DNA of 64,000 nt from contig OZ220090.1 of NCBI GenBank assembly GCA_964291625.2, forward strand, positions 576,001 through 640,000, read 5' to 3'. Below are positions 10,613 through 19,613 of this stretch, in pieces. The notes under the pieces are model-generated. The model saw only the letters and a program-made list of their open reading frames with translations, ran no database searches and had not been told where the DNA came from. The position numbers and the translations under genes were made by a program. How positions within the stretch are numbered: position 1 is the stretch's first letter; the number at the start of each line of letters is the position of its first letter. The stretch comes from Candidatus Latescibacterota bacterium (GTDB lineage Bacteria; Latescibacterota; UBA2968; UBA8231).

Positions 10613-11941
10613 GTGAGTGACGACGGCCCGGCGCCGGATGATGTGATCCCCTCCCGGATCTCCGACATTGCGGAGAGGGAGGGGAAGCGCGTTCAGCTGT
10701 GCGGCTGGGTCTACAACAGCCGGTCCAGCGGCAAGCTCCACTTCCTGGAGGTGCGCGACGGCTCCGGCATCATCCAGTGTGTCGTCTTCCAGGGAGAGGT
10801 GACGCCGGAGGTCTTCGAAGGTTGCCATCAACTGCCCCAGGAGACGGCGGTGGTCGTACGGGGCCGGGTGCGCGCCGACCCGCGCTCGCCCCTCGGTTAC
10901 GAGGTGGGGGTGGAGGACCTGGAGGTGGTCCACCGGTCCGCAGAGTACCCCATCTCCCCCAAGGAGCACGGCGTCGCTTTTCTGATGAAGCACCGCCACC
11001 TGTGGCTGCGCTCTGTTCGTCCCAACGCCGTGCTGCGGGTGCGCGCCGTGGTCATCGACGCCTGCCGGGAGTACATGGGGCGCGAGGGCTTCCTCCTCAT
11101 CGACGCCCCGGTCCTGACCCCCGCCGCCTGCGAGGGAACGACCACCCTCTTCGAGACAGACTACTTCGGGGAGACGGCCTACCTCACCCAGAGCGGCCAG
11201 CTCTACATGGAGGCGGCGGCCATGGCCTTCGGCAAGGTCTACTGCTTCGGCCCAACCTTCCGCGCCGAGAAGTCGAAGACGCGGCGCCACCTCACCGAGT
11301 TCTGGATGATCGAGCCCGAGATGGCTTACTGCGATCTGGCGGGCAACATGGAGGTCGCCGAGGGCTTGGTGACGCACGTGGTGCGAAGGGTCCTCTCCGA
11401 ATGCCGCTGCGACCTGGAGGCGTTGGAGCGCGATCCGGCGCCCCTGGAACGGGCCGCCGAGGGACAGCCTTTCCCGCGGATCTCCTACGGGCAGGCGATC
11501 GAGATCCTGCGCGAAGAAGGGAGCGATCTGCCCTGGGGAAGCGATCTTGGCGGCGACGACGAAACCCTCCTGTCCAGGCGTTTCGACCGGCCCGTCCTCG
11601 TCCATCGCTATCCGGCGCAGGTCAAGGCCTTCTACATGAAGTCCGATCCCGAGGACCGGCGCCTGGCCCTGTGCGTGGACATGATCGCTCCCGAGGGATA
11701 CGGCGAGATCATCGGCGGCGGCCAACGGGAGGACGACCTGCAGGTCCTGGAAGCCCGCATCGCCGAACACGGGCTCCCAGCCGAGGCCTTCGCCTGGTAC
11801 CTCGACCTGCGGCGCTACGGCTCCGTGCCGCACGCCGGCTTCGGCATGGGGATCGAGCGCGTCGTGGCCTGGCTGTGCGGCACCCGGCACGTGCGCGAGA
11901 CGATTCCCTTCCCCAGAACCCTGCAGAGGCTCTACCCCTGA
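10613..11941 (+). CDS. asnS: Asparagine--tRNA ligase
   Basis: OB fold (GWV..R..GK..F...RDGSG), [49 protein letters not shown]; GTG start estimated. Confidence 0.94.
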   Translation: MSDDGPAPDDVIPSRISDIAEREGKRVQLCGWVYNSRSSGKLHFLEVRDGSGIIQCVVFQGEVTPEVFEGCHQLPQETAVVVRGRVRADPRSPLGYEVGVEDLEVVHRSAEYPISPKEHGVAFLMKHRHLWLRSVRPNAVLRVRAVVIDACREYMGREGFLLIDAPVLTPAACEGTTTLFETDYFGETAYLTQSGQLYMEAAAMAFGKVYCFGPTFRAEKSKTRRHLTEFWMIEPEMAYCDLAGNMEVAEGLVTHVVRRVLSECRCDLEALERDPAPLERAAEGQPFPRISYGQAIEILREEGSDLPWGSDLGGDDETLLSRRFDRPVLVHRYPAQVKAFYMKSDPEDRRLALCVDMIAPEGYGEIIGGGQREDDLQVLEARIAEHGLPAEAFAWYLDLRRYGSVPHAGFGMGIERVVAWLCGTRHVRETIPFPRTLQRLYP

Positions 11942-11944
11942 TCG

Positions 11945-14878
11945 ATGGCAAAGACGGCTGACCACTCCGGCTCGGCGGGATCGTACGACTTCCGGCGCAT
12001 CGAGAAGCGCTGGCGGGAGCACTGGATCGCCGAGGGCACCTACCGCACCGCCGGCCCGGGAGAGGAGGGCTACGACCCGGAGCAGCCGCGGTGCTACATC
12101 CTCGACATGTTCCCCTATCCCAGCGGCGACGGCCTGCACATCGGCCACCCGAAGGGATACATCGCCTCCGACATCTACAGCCGCTTCAAGCGCATGGCGG
12201 GATACAACGTCCTCCATCCCATGGGGTTCGACAGTTTCGGACTCCCCGCCGAGCAGTATGCCATCGAGCACAATGTCCATCCCGCAGTCTCCACCGATCA
12301 GTGCGTCGACCGCATCCGCGCCCAGCTCCAGTACCTGGGCCTCGGCTACGACTGGGACCGGGAGATCTCCACCTCCCACGAGGACTACTACCGCTGGACC
12401 CAGTGGATCTTCCTACAGCTCTTCGACAGCTGGTACGACCCGGACCTGGAGTGGCGCGACGACTCGGGGCGGTCGATCCGCGGGCGGACCCGTCCCATCT
12501 CCGAGCTCGTGGACTCCTTCGGGAGGGGAGAGCGGCGGCTCACGGGCCAGGACCGGCGGTCCCTGGAAGGAAGTCCGGTGGAGGCCGGGTGGCAGGAGCT
12601 GTCGGAGGCGCAGCGCCAGGCGGTGCTGAACAACTACCGCATGGCGTACCAGAAGGAAGTCACCGTCAACTGGTGCCCCGGCCTCGGCACGGTCCTGGCC
12701 AACGAGGAGGTCACCCCCGAGGGACGCAGCGAGATCGGCGACCACGCGGTGTACAAGCGGCCCCTGAAGCAGTGGATGCTGCGCATCACCGCCTTTGCCG
12801 ACCGGCTCCTGGAAGACCTCGAGGCAGGGGCCCTGCCCGACGGCCGCGGCGGCACCTATGCCCTGGACTGGCCGGACTCGATCAAGCTCATGCAGCGCAA
12901 CTGGATCGGCCGCAGCGAGGGCGCCGAGGTCCGCTTCGACGTGGTCGACGCCTCAGGTTGCACCGGCTCCAGCCTGGAGGTGTTCACCACCCGGCCCGAC
13001 ACGCTCTTCGGAGCCACCTTCATGGTCGTGGCGCCCCAGCACCCCCTGTTGTCGGAGGGAGACCAGGTTCCGGAGGCCTGGCCATCGGATACACCCGACG
13101 ACTGGAAGGGGGAGCCGGGAGCCTCCTCGCCCAGGGAGGCCGTGTCCCACTACGCGGCCCGGGCGGCTCGCTCCACCTTCTCGGTGGCCGGGCAGGATCA
13201 GGAGAAGAGCGGGGTCTTCACGGGGATCTTCGCACGCCGTCCGATGGACGGCCAGCGCATCCCGGTCTTCACCGCCGACTATGTGAGCATGGACTACGGC
13301 ACCGGAGCGATCATGGCCGTCCCCGCCCACGACGACCGGGACCATGCCTTCGCCCACAAGTACGGAATCCCGGTCGTCGAGGTCGTCGAGCCGCCCCCGG
13401 AGGCAGCCGGCACGTTCCCCTACACGGGGGATGGAAGGTCGATCAACTCTCCCGGCGGGGGGGGGGCCGGGAATCCGCCGAGGGACAGCCCGTATGCGAT
13501 CTCGGGTCTGGCCACGGCCGAGGCGAAATCGCGCATGGTCGACGCCCTGGAAGCGGCGGGCGTGGGCCGAAGGGCGGTCACCTGCCGCCTGCGTGACTGG
13601 GTGTTCTCGCGCCAGCGCTATTGGGGAGAGCCGTTCCCCCTGGCCACCCATCCAGACGGCTACACGGTGACTACCGGCCTGCCCGTGGTCCTCCCCGAAC
13701 GAGAGGACTTCCGGCCCAGTACCTCGGACGATCCCGACACCCCGGTCACTCCGCCCCTCGGGCGGGCGGGCAGAGAGTGGACCCAGGTGGAGGTGGGGGG
13801 CGCCCTCTGCGACCGCGAGCTCAACGTCATGCCCCAGTGGGCGGGATCGTGCTGGTACTTCCTGCGCTTCATCGATCCCCACAACGACGGAGCCTTCTGC
13901 GATCCGGAGAAGGAAAGGAGCTTCATGCCCGTCGATCTCTACATCGGCGGCGCCGAGCACGCGGTGCTCCACCTGCTCTACGCCAGGTTCTGGCACAAGG
14001 CGCTCTTCGACCTGGGGCACGTGAGCTCGCCGGAGCCCTTCAAGAAGCAGTTCAGCCAGGGCATGGTCACCGCCGACGCCTTCACCGACGACCGGGGAGT
14101 GTACATCGACATCCGCCAGGTCGCTTTCGACGCCGAGGGCGAGCCCATTCACGCGCAGACCGGGCAGCGGCTGTCGAGACAACGGGGGAAGATGGGGAAG
14201 CGCTACAAGAACGGGCTGCCCCCGGAGGAGGTAGGGGAGGAGTTCGGCGTCGATACGCTGCGGCTGTACGAGATGTACATGGGGCCCCTGGAGCAGAGCG
14301 CCCCGTGGAGCATGGAGGGGATCCGCGGCATGCAGCGGGTCCTGCAGCGGATCTGGAGAAACCTCGTCGCCCAGGACGGGACCGCAAAGATCGACGATGG
14401 CGACGCCCCGGAGGATCTGCGAAGGCTGCTCCACCGGACCATTCAACGGATCACCGCCGACTTCGAGGGATTGCGTTTCAACACCGCCATCGCCGCCCTC
14501 ATCGAGCTGAACAACGAGTTGGTCCCTCTCCAGAGAGTCCCCGCCGAGGTGGCTCGGGCGCTGGTCCTCCTCCTGCACCCACTGGCCCCTCATCTGGCGG
14601 AAGAGTTGTGGCAGCGTTGTGGCTTCGGATCCGGGGATCTCTCCGGCCAACCCTGGCCCGAATTCGACGAAGCCCTGACCCACCGGGAGACGATCCTCCT
14701 TCCGGTGCAGGTCAACGGCAAGGTCCGCGCCACGATCGAGGTGGCTGCTTCGACCTCCGAGGAGGAGGTGAGGAAGCACATCCTCGGCCTGGACAACATC
14801 CAGCGATACCTGCCCGACTCCGGTGAGATCAAGCGCCTGATTCTCGTTCCGGGCAGGATCGTGAACATTGTCGTCTGA
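11945..14878 (+). CDS. leuS: Leucine--tRNA ligase
   Basis: DMFPYPSG.GLHIGH, FTTRPDTLFGATF, GTGAIMAVPAHD, RDWVFSRQRYWGEP, KMGKR variant of KMSKS. Confidence 0.97.
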   Translation: MAKTADHSGSAGSYDFRRIEKRWREHWIAEGTYRTAGPGEEGYDPEQPRCYILDMFPYPSGDGLHIGHPKGYIASDIYSRFKRMAGYNVLHPMGFDSFGLPAEQYAIEHNVHPAVSTDQCVDRIRAQLQYLGLGYDWDREISTSHEDYYRWTQWIFLQLFDSWYDPDLEWRDDSGRSIRGRTRPISELVDSFGRGERRLTGQDRRSLEGSPVEAGWQELSEAQRQAVLNNYRMAYQKEVTVNWCPGLGTVLANEEVTPEGRSEIGDHAVYKRPLKQWMLRITAFADRLLEDLEAGALPDGRGGTYALDWPDSIKLMQRNWIGRSEGAEVRFDVVDASGCTGSSLEVFTTRPDTLFGATFMVVAPQHPLLSEGDQVPEAWPSDTPDDWKGEPGASSPREAVSHYAARAARSTFSVAGQDQEKSGVFTGIFARRPMDGQRIPVFTADYVSMDYGTGAIMAVPAHDDRDHAFAHKYGIPVVEVVEPPPEAAGTFPYTGDGRSINSPGGGGAGNPPRDSPYAISGLATAEAKSRMVDALEAAGVGRRAVTCRLRDWVFSRQRYWGEPFPLATHPDGYTVTTGLPVVLPEREDFRPSTSDDPDTPVTPPLGRAGREWTQVEVGGALCDRELNVMPQWAGSCWYFLRFIDPHNDGAFCDPEKERSFMPVDLYIGGAEHAVLHLLYARFWHKALFDLGHVSSPEPFKKQFSQGMVTADAFTDDRGVYIDIRQVAFDAEGEPIHAQTGQRLSRQRGKMGKRYKNGLPPEEVGEEFGVDTLRLYEMYMGPLEQSAPWSMEGIRGMQRVLQRIWRNLVAQDGTAKIDDGDAPEDLRRLLHRTIQRITADFEGLRFNTAIAALIELNNELVPLQRVPAEVARALVLLLHPLAPHLAEELWQRCGFGSGDLSGQPWPEFDEALTHRETILLPVQVNGKVRATIEVAASTSEEEVRKHILGLDNIQRYLPDSGEIKRLILVPGRIVNIVV

Positions 14879-14982
14879 GGACGTTCAGAAAGGCGCAGAT
14901 CTGGGTCGGGGATCGAAGGGCGCTTCCGGGTGCCCCATTGTTCACCCCCAAGGGACGCCAACCGCCTGTTCTCTTCAGGGCA

Positions 14983-15010
14983 TAGTTACGTAACGTGTAT
15001 TATACGACAT
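14983..15010 (-). promoter_or_regulatory. dif-like tyrosine recombinase site 1
   Basis: Minus strand ATGTCGTATAA-TACACG-TTACGTAACTA (11-6-11), just downstream of the recombinase stop. Confidence 0.7.
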
Positions 15011-15042
15011 CACAGCAGTCGCCCCACACGAGCAGGGGGACA

Positions 15043-15996
15043 TCACCGGATGTGGATGTAGTCCGAAGCATTGTCAGTCAGCCGTTCCCGATTCTCGTAG
15101 TACCGCATGGTGGTCTTGAGGTCTTTGTGGCGCAGGTGGGCCTGGACCTGCTGGGGCTTGGCGCCGCCCTCGATCGACAGCGTGCAGCAGGTGTGGCGGA
15201 ACATGTGAGCGGTTACGTTTCGAGTCACGCCGGCCCGGCGGGCATGCTTGCGCACGATGGCGTTGATCGATTGATCCGAGATCCCCTTTCCGCGGGACCG
15301 GTTGCGGGCCAGGGAGATGAAGGCATGTCCCACCACCGGAAAGCCCCCCAGTTCGAGGGCCTGGCGGTAGAGCTCCAGATAGTGCAGGACAATGGGCTGC
15401 AGCTTCACGTCCTGGGGAACCCCGGACTTCGTCTCCGTCAGGCGGAGGAGGTGAAAGGCGCCCTCCTCGCTCAAGTCCGTCCATCTCACGTTGGCCACCT
15501 CGGACCGCCGAAGGCCGGCAAAGGTCAGGAGGTGTAGAATCGCCAGATCCCGGGCGCGAATCAGCGGGTTCTCCTCTTCATCGACAATATCAATAATTCT
15601 CTGTAATTCATTTCGAGTCAGTGCCTTACCGCTCACCGTCTCATCCAGTCGATAGCCGCGCACGAGGGAGGCGTCCGCTGGGTTTCTTTCGATGAGGCCC
15701 GTCGCCGCCATCATGCGGAAGAACGCCTTCAGGCTGGCCAGCTTGCGGTTGATCGTCGACCGCTTGCGGCCGCGGGCGGCCAGCGCGTTCCGGAAGTCGA
15801 TGATGTCGGCGAAGGTCACTGCGGCCACTCTCTTGGGAGTGATGCCGCCGCTGCCGAAAAACTCCCGGAGGTCCGCGCAATAGGCCCGGCGGGTGCGCTC
15901 CGTCAGCTGGCCCGACAGGAAGCGCTCCAGTGGGTCCCCGGAGATGGCCCGGGCAGGATATCCCGAAGGCGGGGCGGGCGTGATTTCGGTGCTCAT
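15043..15996 (-). CDS. Xer-like tyrosine recombinase/integrase (317 aa)
   Basis: N-terminal core-binding domain (TRRAY..DL, STINRKLASLKAFF, NPA); catalytic set GLRRSE (R), TKSG (K), HMFRH, LRH, TTMRY (Y); start set at ATG 15996. Confidence 0.95.
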   Translation of the reverse strand: MSTEITPAPPSGYPARAISGDPLERFLSGQLTERTRRAYCADLREFFGSGGITPKRVAAVTFADIIDFRNALAARGRKRSTINRKLASLKAFFRMMAATGLIERNPADASLVRGYRLDETVSGKALTRNELQRIIDIVDEEENPLIRARDLAILHLLTFAGLRRSEVANVRWTDLSEEGAFHLLRLTETKSGVPQDVKLQPIVLHYLELYRQALELGGFPVVGHAFISLARNRSRGKGISDQSINAIVRKHARRAGVTRNVTAHMFRHTCCTLSIEGGAKPQQVQAHLRHKDLKTTMRYYENRERLTDNASDYIHIR

Positions 15997-16002
15997 GGGC
16001 CC

Positions 16003-16008
16003 AATATA
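16003..16008 (-). promoter_or_regulatory. Putative -10 element for leaderless recombinase mRNA
   Basis: TATATT lies 6 nt upstream of the ATG; no Shine-Dalgarno visible. Confidence 0.45.
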
Positions 16009-16087
16009 CCCAGCTGGCCCGGATCTGTCATTGCTGCGTTTGCCACGGGCACAGGCGTCCTTCCCGGGCCAGCTCAGCCTGCACGTA

Positions 16088-16115
16088 ATCATTGATAATG
16101 ACGGTTATCGTTGGT
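16088..16115 (-). promoter_or_regulatory. dif-like tyrosine recombinase site 2
   Basis: Minus strand ACCAACGATAA-CCGTCA-TTATCAATGAT; GATAA/TTATC inverted arms around a 6-bp spacer. Confidence 0.6.
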
Positions 16116-16198
16116 TTGGATTCCAGGCCAGTTCTCCGAGCCCGGTTCGCCCGGGCCCTGCAACCCCCCACTCCTCACTTGGCTCGCCTCAAGAGTCT

Positions 16199-16226
16199 GT
16201 GATACATAATGCAGATTATACGTCCT
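16199..16226 (-). promoter_or_regulatory. dif-like tyrosine recombinase site 3
   Basis: Minus strand AGGACGTATAA-TCTGCA-TTATGTATCAC; arms match site 1 at 9/11 and 7/11. Confidence 0.7.
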
Positions 16227-16260
16227 GTACACCTCCGGGGCAGAACGCCCTCTTGGAGTT

Positions 16261-18051
16261 TCACGTCCGGTGGAAGAGCCGATCGAGCTCGTGGAGAAGG
16301 ATCTTGATCAGGATCGGCCGGCCGTGAGGACAGGCGAAGGGCTCGCGCGCGTTGAGTAGTTTGCGGACCAGCGACTCCATCTCCGGGATGGAGAGCCTCT
16401 CGCCGGCGCGGATCGAAGTGTGGCAGGCCATCGATGCGGCGACGGCGTCCCGTGCCTCCGGTCGCACATCCAGCTCCTCGATCAGGTCGGACAGGATCTC
16501 GTGGAACAGGTCTCCGTCACCCCAGTGACGCAGCCCAGGCGGGATGGCATCGATCAAGAGACTCGCGGGACCGAACTCGCGCACGCCGAATCCCAGTCTC
16601 TCGAACAGCTCACGGGCCTGGAGAAAGGCCTCCATCTCCACGGGGCTGACCGTGACTGTCAGGGGCACCAACAGCTGCTGAGAGGCCCCACCTTCCGCTT
16701 CGAGAGCGTCCTGCACCTCCTCGAAGCGGACCCGCTCGTGGGCCACGTGCTGATCGACGACGAGGAGTCCGTCACGGATGGGGATCAGCAGGTACTTGTC
16801 GTGGATCTGCCAGGATATGGTGGAGCGCCGCGCCTCTCCCAGGGTCTGGCGGCCCACGGCGTCTGCCGACACCGGCTCCCCGGGGACGGGGGCCGCTGGC
16901 AGGAGGGTCAGTCTCATCTGATCCGCCGCCCCATCCCACGGCTCTGGCTCGGCGACATAGCCGCTCCCGCTCTCGGCCAAACCCTCGACCGCCGTCTCCG
17001 CGGCCGGCGCCGCCTCGTCGGCCGCGCCTGACGGATAGGAGTAGGTCTGCGCCTCGGGGACCTTCAGGGCATCTCGCACCGCCTTCTGCACCAGCTGCCG
17101 CAACTCCGGCTCCCGGGAGAAGCGCACCTCCCGCTTCGTCGGATGGACGTTGACGTCGAGATGGCGGGGATCCAGGTCCAGCCACAGGACGAACTCGGGA
17201 TGGCCGTTGTGGGGCAGCAGCGAGCCGTACCCGTTGTAGACGGCGGTGGCAAGGGGGCGGCATGTGATGGGGCGCTGCCGGACGACGACGTACTGCCTGG
17301 AACGGGCCCGCCCGCAATCTCCCGGCGGTTTCAGGAATCCCTCGACCCGCGCCTCCGCTCCACCGACTTCCGCCTCCCCCTGAACGGCCAGGAGCCTCCC
17401 GGCCTCGAGGCGGAGCAGCTCCGCCGCTCGCAGGCCCCGCTCCCCCGGGGGCAGGTCGAGGATCTGCCGGCCTCCCTGATCGAGGCGGAAGGAGACCTCC
17501 GGCCGGGCGGCGGCCAGGGCCACGACGGCCTGGGTCACATGCCGCAGCTCCGTGTCCCGGTGGCGCATGAACTTCCTCCGAGCGGGGGTGTTGTAGAACA
17601 GACCGCGGATCTCGATGGTGGTGCCCACGTCTCGCCCCACGGGCAGTAGTTCGCGCTGCACTCCGCCTTCGACGACGAGACGCGTGCCCTCGTCGCCCCC
17701 GGCGGGACGGCTCTCCACGGTCAGTCGGGAGACGGCGGCGATGCTGGCCAGGGCCTCTCCCCGAAACCCCATGGTGGAGATGGTGAACAGGTCCGTGGGC
17801 GTTCGCATCTTGCTGGTGGCGTGGCGCTCGGTGCAGAGCTCCACGTCCTCCCGAGACATGCCCAGACCGTTGTCGGCGACGTGAATCCCCTGGAGGCCCG
17901 CCTCCTCGATCTCGATCCCTATGCGGCTGGCCCCGGCGTCGAGGGCGTTCTCCACCAGCTCCTTGACCGCCGATGCGGGCCGTTCGATCACCTCCCCGGC
18001 GGCGATCTTGAGCACCAAGCTCTGGGGCAACCGCTGGATGCTCGCGCCCAT
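16261..18051 (-). CDS. mutL: DNA mismatch repair endonuclease MutL
   Basis: IAAGEVIERPASAVKELVENALDAGA, GFRGEALASI, DVNVHPTKREV, DQHVAHER, CPHGRP. Confidence 0.97.
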   Translation of the reverse strand: MGASIQRLPQSLVLKIAAGEVIERPASAVKELVENALDAGASRIGIEIEEAGLQGIHVADNGLGMSREDVELCTERHATSKMRTPTDLFTISTMGFRGEALASIAAVSRLTVESRPAGGDEGTRLVVEGGVQRELLPVGRDVGTTIEIRGLFYNTPARRKFMRHRDTELRHVTQAVVALAAARPEVSFRLDQGGRQILDLPPGERGLRAAELLRLEAGRLLAVQGEAEVGGAEARVEGFLKPPGDCGRARSRQYVVVRQRPITCRPLATAVYNGYGSLLPHNGHPEFVLWLDLDPRHLDVNVHPTKREVRFSREPELRQLVQKAVRDALKVPEAQTYSYPSGAADEAAPAAETAVEGLAESGSGYVAEPEPWDGAADQMRLTLLPAAPVPGEPVSADAVGRQTLGEARRSTISWQIHDKYLLIPIRDGLLVVDQHVAHERVRFEEVQDALEAEGGASQQLLVPLTVTVSPVEMEAFLQARELFERLGFGVREFGPASLLIDAIPPGLRHWGDGDLFHEILSDLIEELDVRPEARDAVAASMACHTSIRAGERLSIPEMESLVRKLLNAREPFACPHGRPILIKILLHELDRLFHRT

Positions 18052-18053
18052 CG

Positions 18054-18632
18054 CTACAGCTCCGGGGCGATCTCGGAGACGCGGCGCTCGTACTCCTCCT
18101 GGGTCATGCGCCCCTCCTCCAGGTCCTTGCGGGCCCGGGCCAGGCGCTCCCGGGGACTGCCGATCCGCCGGTGCATCCGGGCCTGCTGCACCAAGTTGTA
18201 CAGTCCGAAGAGGAGGAGGCCGCCGATGGCGGCCATCCAGGCCGACTCGCGCCACCAGCGTCCGCGGTCGGTGCCCACGGACAGGGCCACCCCGGAGGCC
18301 CGCCACCGGGCGAGGGCCTCGATCACCACAGCCTCGTCCGGCATCGGCACGATGATGTCCTTCGTCAGGGACCGGTGGCCCTCCTCCTCGATGACCACCG
18401 GTTGACGCAGCCGGCCGATGAGCCTGCCCTCCACCACCTCGATCCTCTCGATCATGTCCTGGGACACCAGCTCCTCCAGGCGCTCCGGACGGATGGCGGT
18501 CTCGGAGGGTGCCAGCAGGCTCAGCAGCAGGAGCAGGCTGATCAGTCCCAGGGCCAGAATCAGGGCGAGGGCCGTGGCCGAGGGTCCCTGGCTCGTCCCG
18601 AAGCTCTCCCTGGTCTCGTCGTGGGTTGTCAC
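18054..18632 (-). CDS. Two-TM membrane protein with FtsH-extracellular-like loop and C-terminal SHOCT-like motif
   Basis: Hydrophobic helices at both ends of the loop; C-terminal LEEGRMTQEEYERRV; tightly packed with neighbours. Confidence 0.6.
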   Translation of the reverse strand: MTTHDETRESFGTSQGPSATALALILALGLISLLLLLSLLAPSETAIRPERLEELVSQDMIERIEVVEGRLIGRLRQPVVIEEEGHRSLTKDIIVPMPDEAVVIEALARWRASGVALSVGTDRGRWWRESAWMAAIGGLLLFGLYNLVQQARMHRRIGSPRERLARARKDLEEGRMTQEEYERRVSEIAPEL

Positions 18633-19492
18633 CTGAGCTCCCTCTCTCCCAGCCGGCGTCCGTGGCGTGCCGCCCGGTGCAGCCAGGCCGCCAGTTGCAG
18701 GGCGCGGCCCAGCCCCTCGGCCAGAGGGTCGGGGGCCGCCTCGCGTCCCTGCGCGGCGGCCAGCAGGTCTCCGTACTGTCGGCGCAAGCCGGTCATGCGG
18801 GCCTCGCGCAGGTCCTCGTGGACGAGGGCGCGGCCGCGATGGCCGTAGAGCTCGAAGGCTGCGTCCGCCTCCGTCTCAGCTCCAAGGGCATGAACCTCCA
18901 GCACCGCTTCCAGTCCATTGAGGAACTCCATGTGGGCGAGGGCCAGATCCTCCTCCGGCCGGTTGCGGACCATCGCCCGGGTGTGGGCGGCCACCGTGTC
19001 GATGCCGCCGAAGAGCTCCTCCAGCAGCAGGGGCGCCCAGAGGGCGTGCGACCCGAGGACGCCACCCGTCCCCGACAAGGCTCGGGGCACCCGGACCCGC
19101 AGGCGGGCGAAGACCGGCCTCTCGACCCGGGTGGCGGAGCGCCGCACCTCGTCGGCAAAACCGGAGTGCAGGCTCGGGGCGTCGATGCGCAGCATGCCCT
19201 GCCGTTCCGCTCCCACCAAGTCCCGCAGCTCCCCCGCCCGCCTCCCGGCGACGGGAGGACAGGCGCACAGGACCCCGTTCCCCGCTTCCAGGGCCTGGCG
19301 CACCCAGTATCCACGCTCCGACGGCGGCGAGAGAACGGTGACGATCCCCACCCGCGGGTCTGCCAACCACCCCTCCGGACTCTCCTCCCCCGCGGGCTCG
19401 AGGGCTCGCAGACCGTCCACGGCGTCGACGGCCGCCAGGTGGCGGCAACGCTCCTCGGTCCCCAGAACGGCAACTCCCATCTCTTCCGACAA
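18629..19492 (-). CDS. Divergent Gfo/Idh/MocA-family oxidoreductase-like protein
   Basis: WLADPRVGIVTVLSP, ALEAGNGVLC, EEDLALAHMEFLNG, FELYGHRG match family architecture; canonical CEKP reads CACP. Confidence 0.6.
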   Translation of the reverse strand: MSEEMGVAVLGTEERCRHLAAVDAVDGLRALEPAGEESPEGWLADPRVGIVTVLSPPSERGYWVRQALEAGNGVLCACPPVAGRRAGELRDLVGAERQGMLRIDAPSLHSGFADEVRRSATRVERPVFARLRVRVPRALSGTGGVLGSHALWAPLLLEELFGGIDTVAAHTRAMVRNRPEEDLALAHMEFLNGLEAVLEVHALGAETEADAAFELYGHRGRALVHEDLREARMTGLRRQYGDLLAAAQGREAAPDPLAEGLGRALQLAAWLHRAARHGRRLGERELR

Positions 19493-19613
19493 CAGCTTTC
19501 CCCCTCCCGCCTGAGCCTCGAGAGTCGAGAGATTCGAGGATGATAGGGGTCCTCGCAGCCCCCGGCCAAAGGGCCCATGGGGAGATGCCGTGAGGATTTC
19601 CGGACGGAAGGGC

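Noticed and set aside
13457-13466. G10 homopolymer in leuS as a phase-variation tract
   Set aside because: The reading frame is intact (Gly run in a variable loop) and the gene is essential.
14995-15537. 180-aa + strand ORF overlapping dif-like site 1
   Set aside because: Antisense to the recombinase, with no motifs and no RBS.
15043-15996. Recombinase as an integron integrase or prophage/ICE integrase
   Set aside because: No IntI-specific insertion apparent, no attC cassettes, no phage or conjugation genes, no adjacent tRNA; flanked directly by leuS and mutL.
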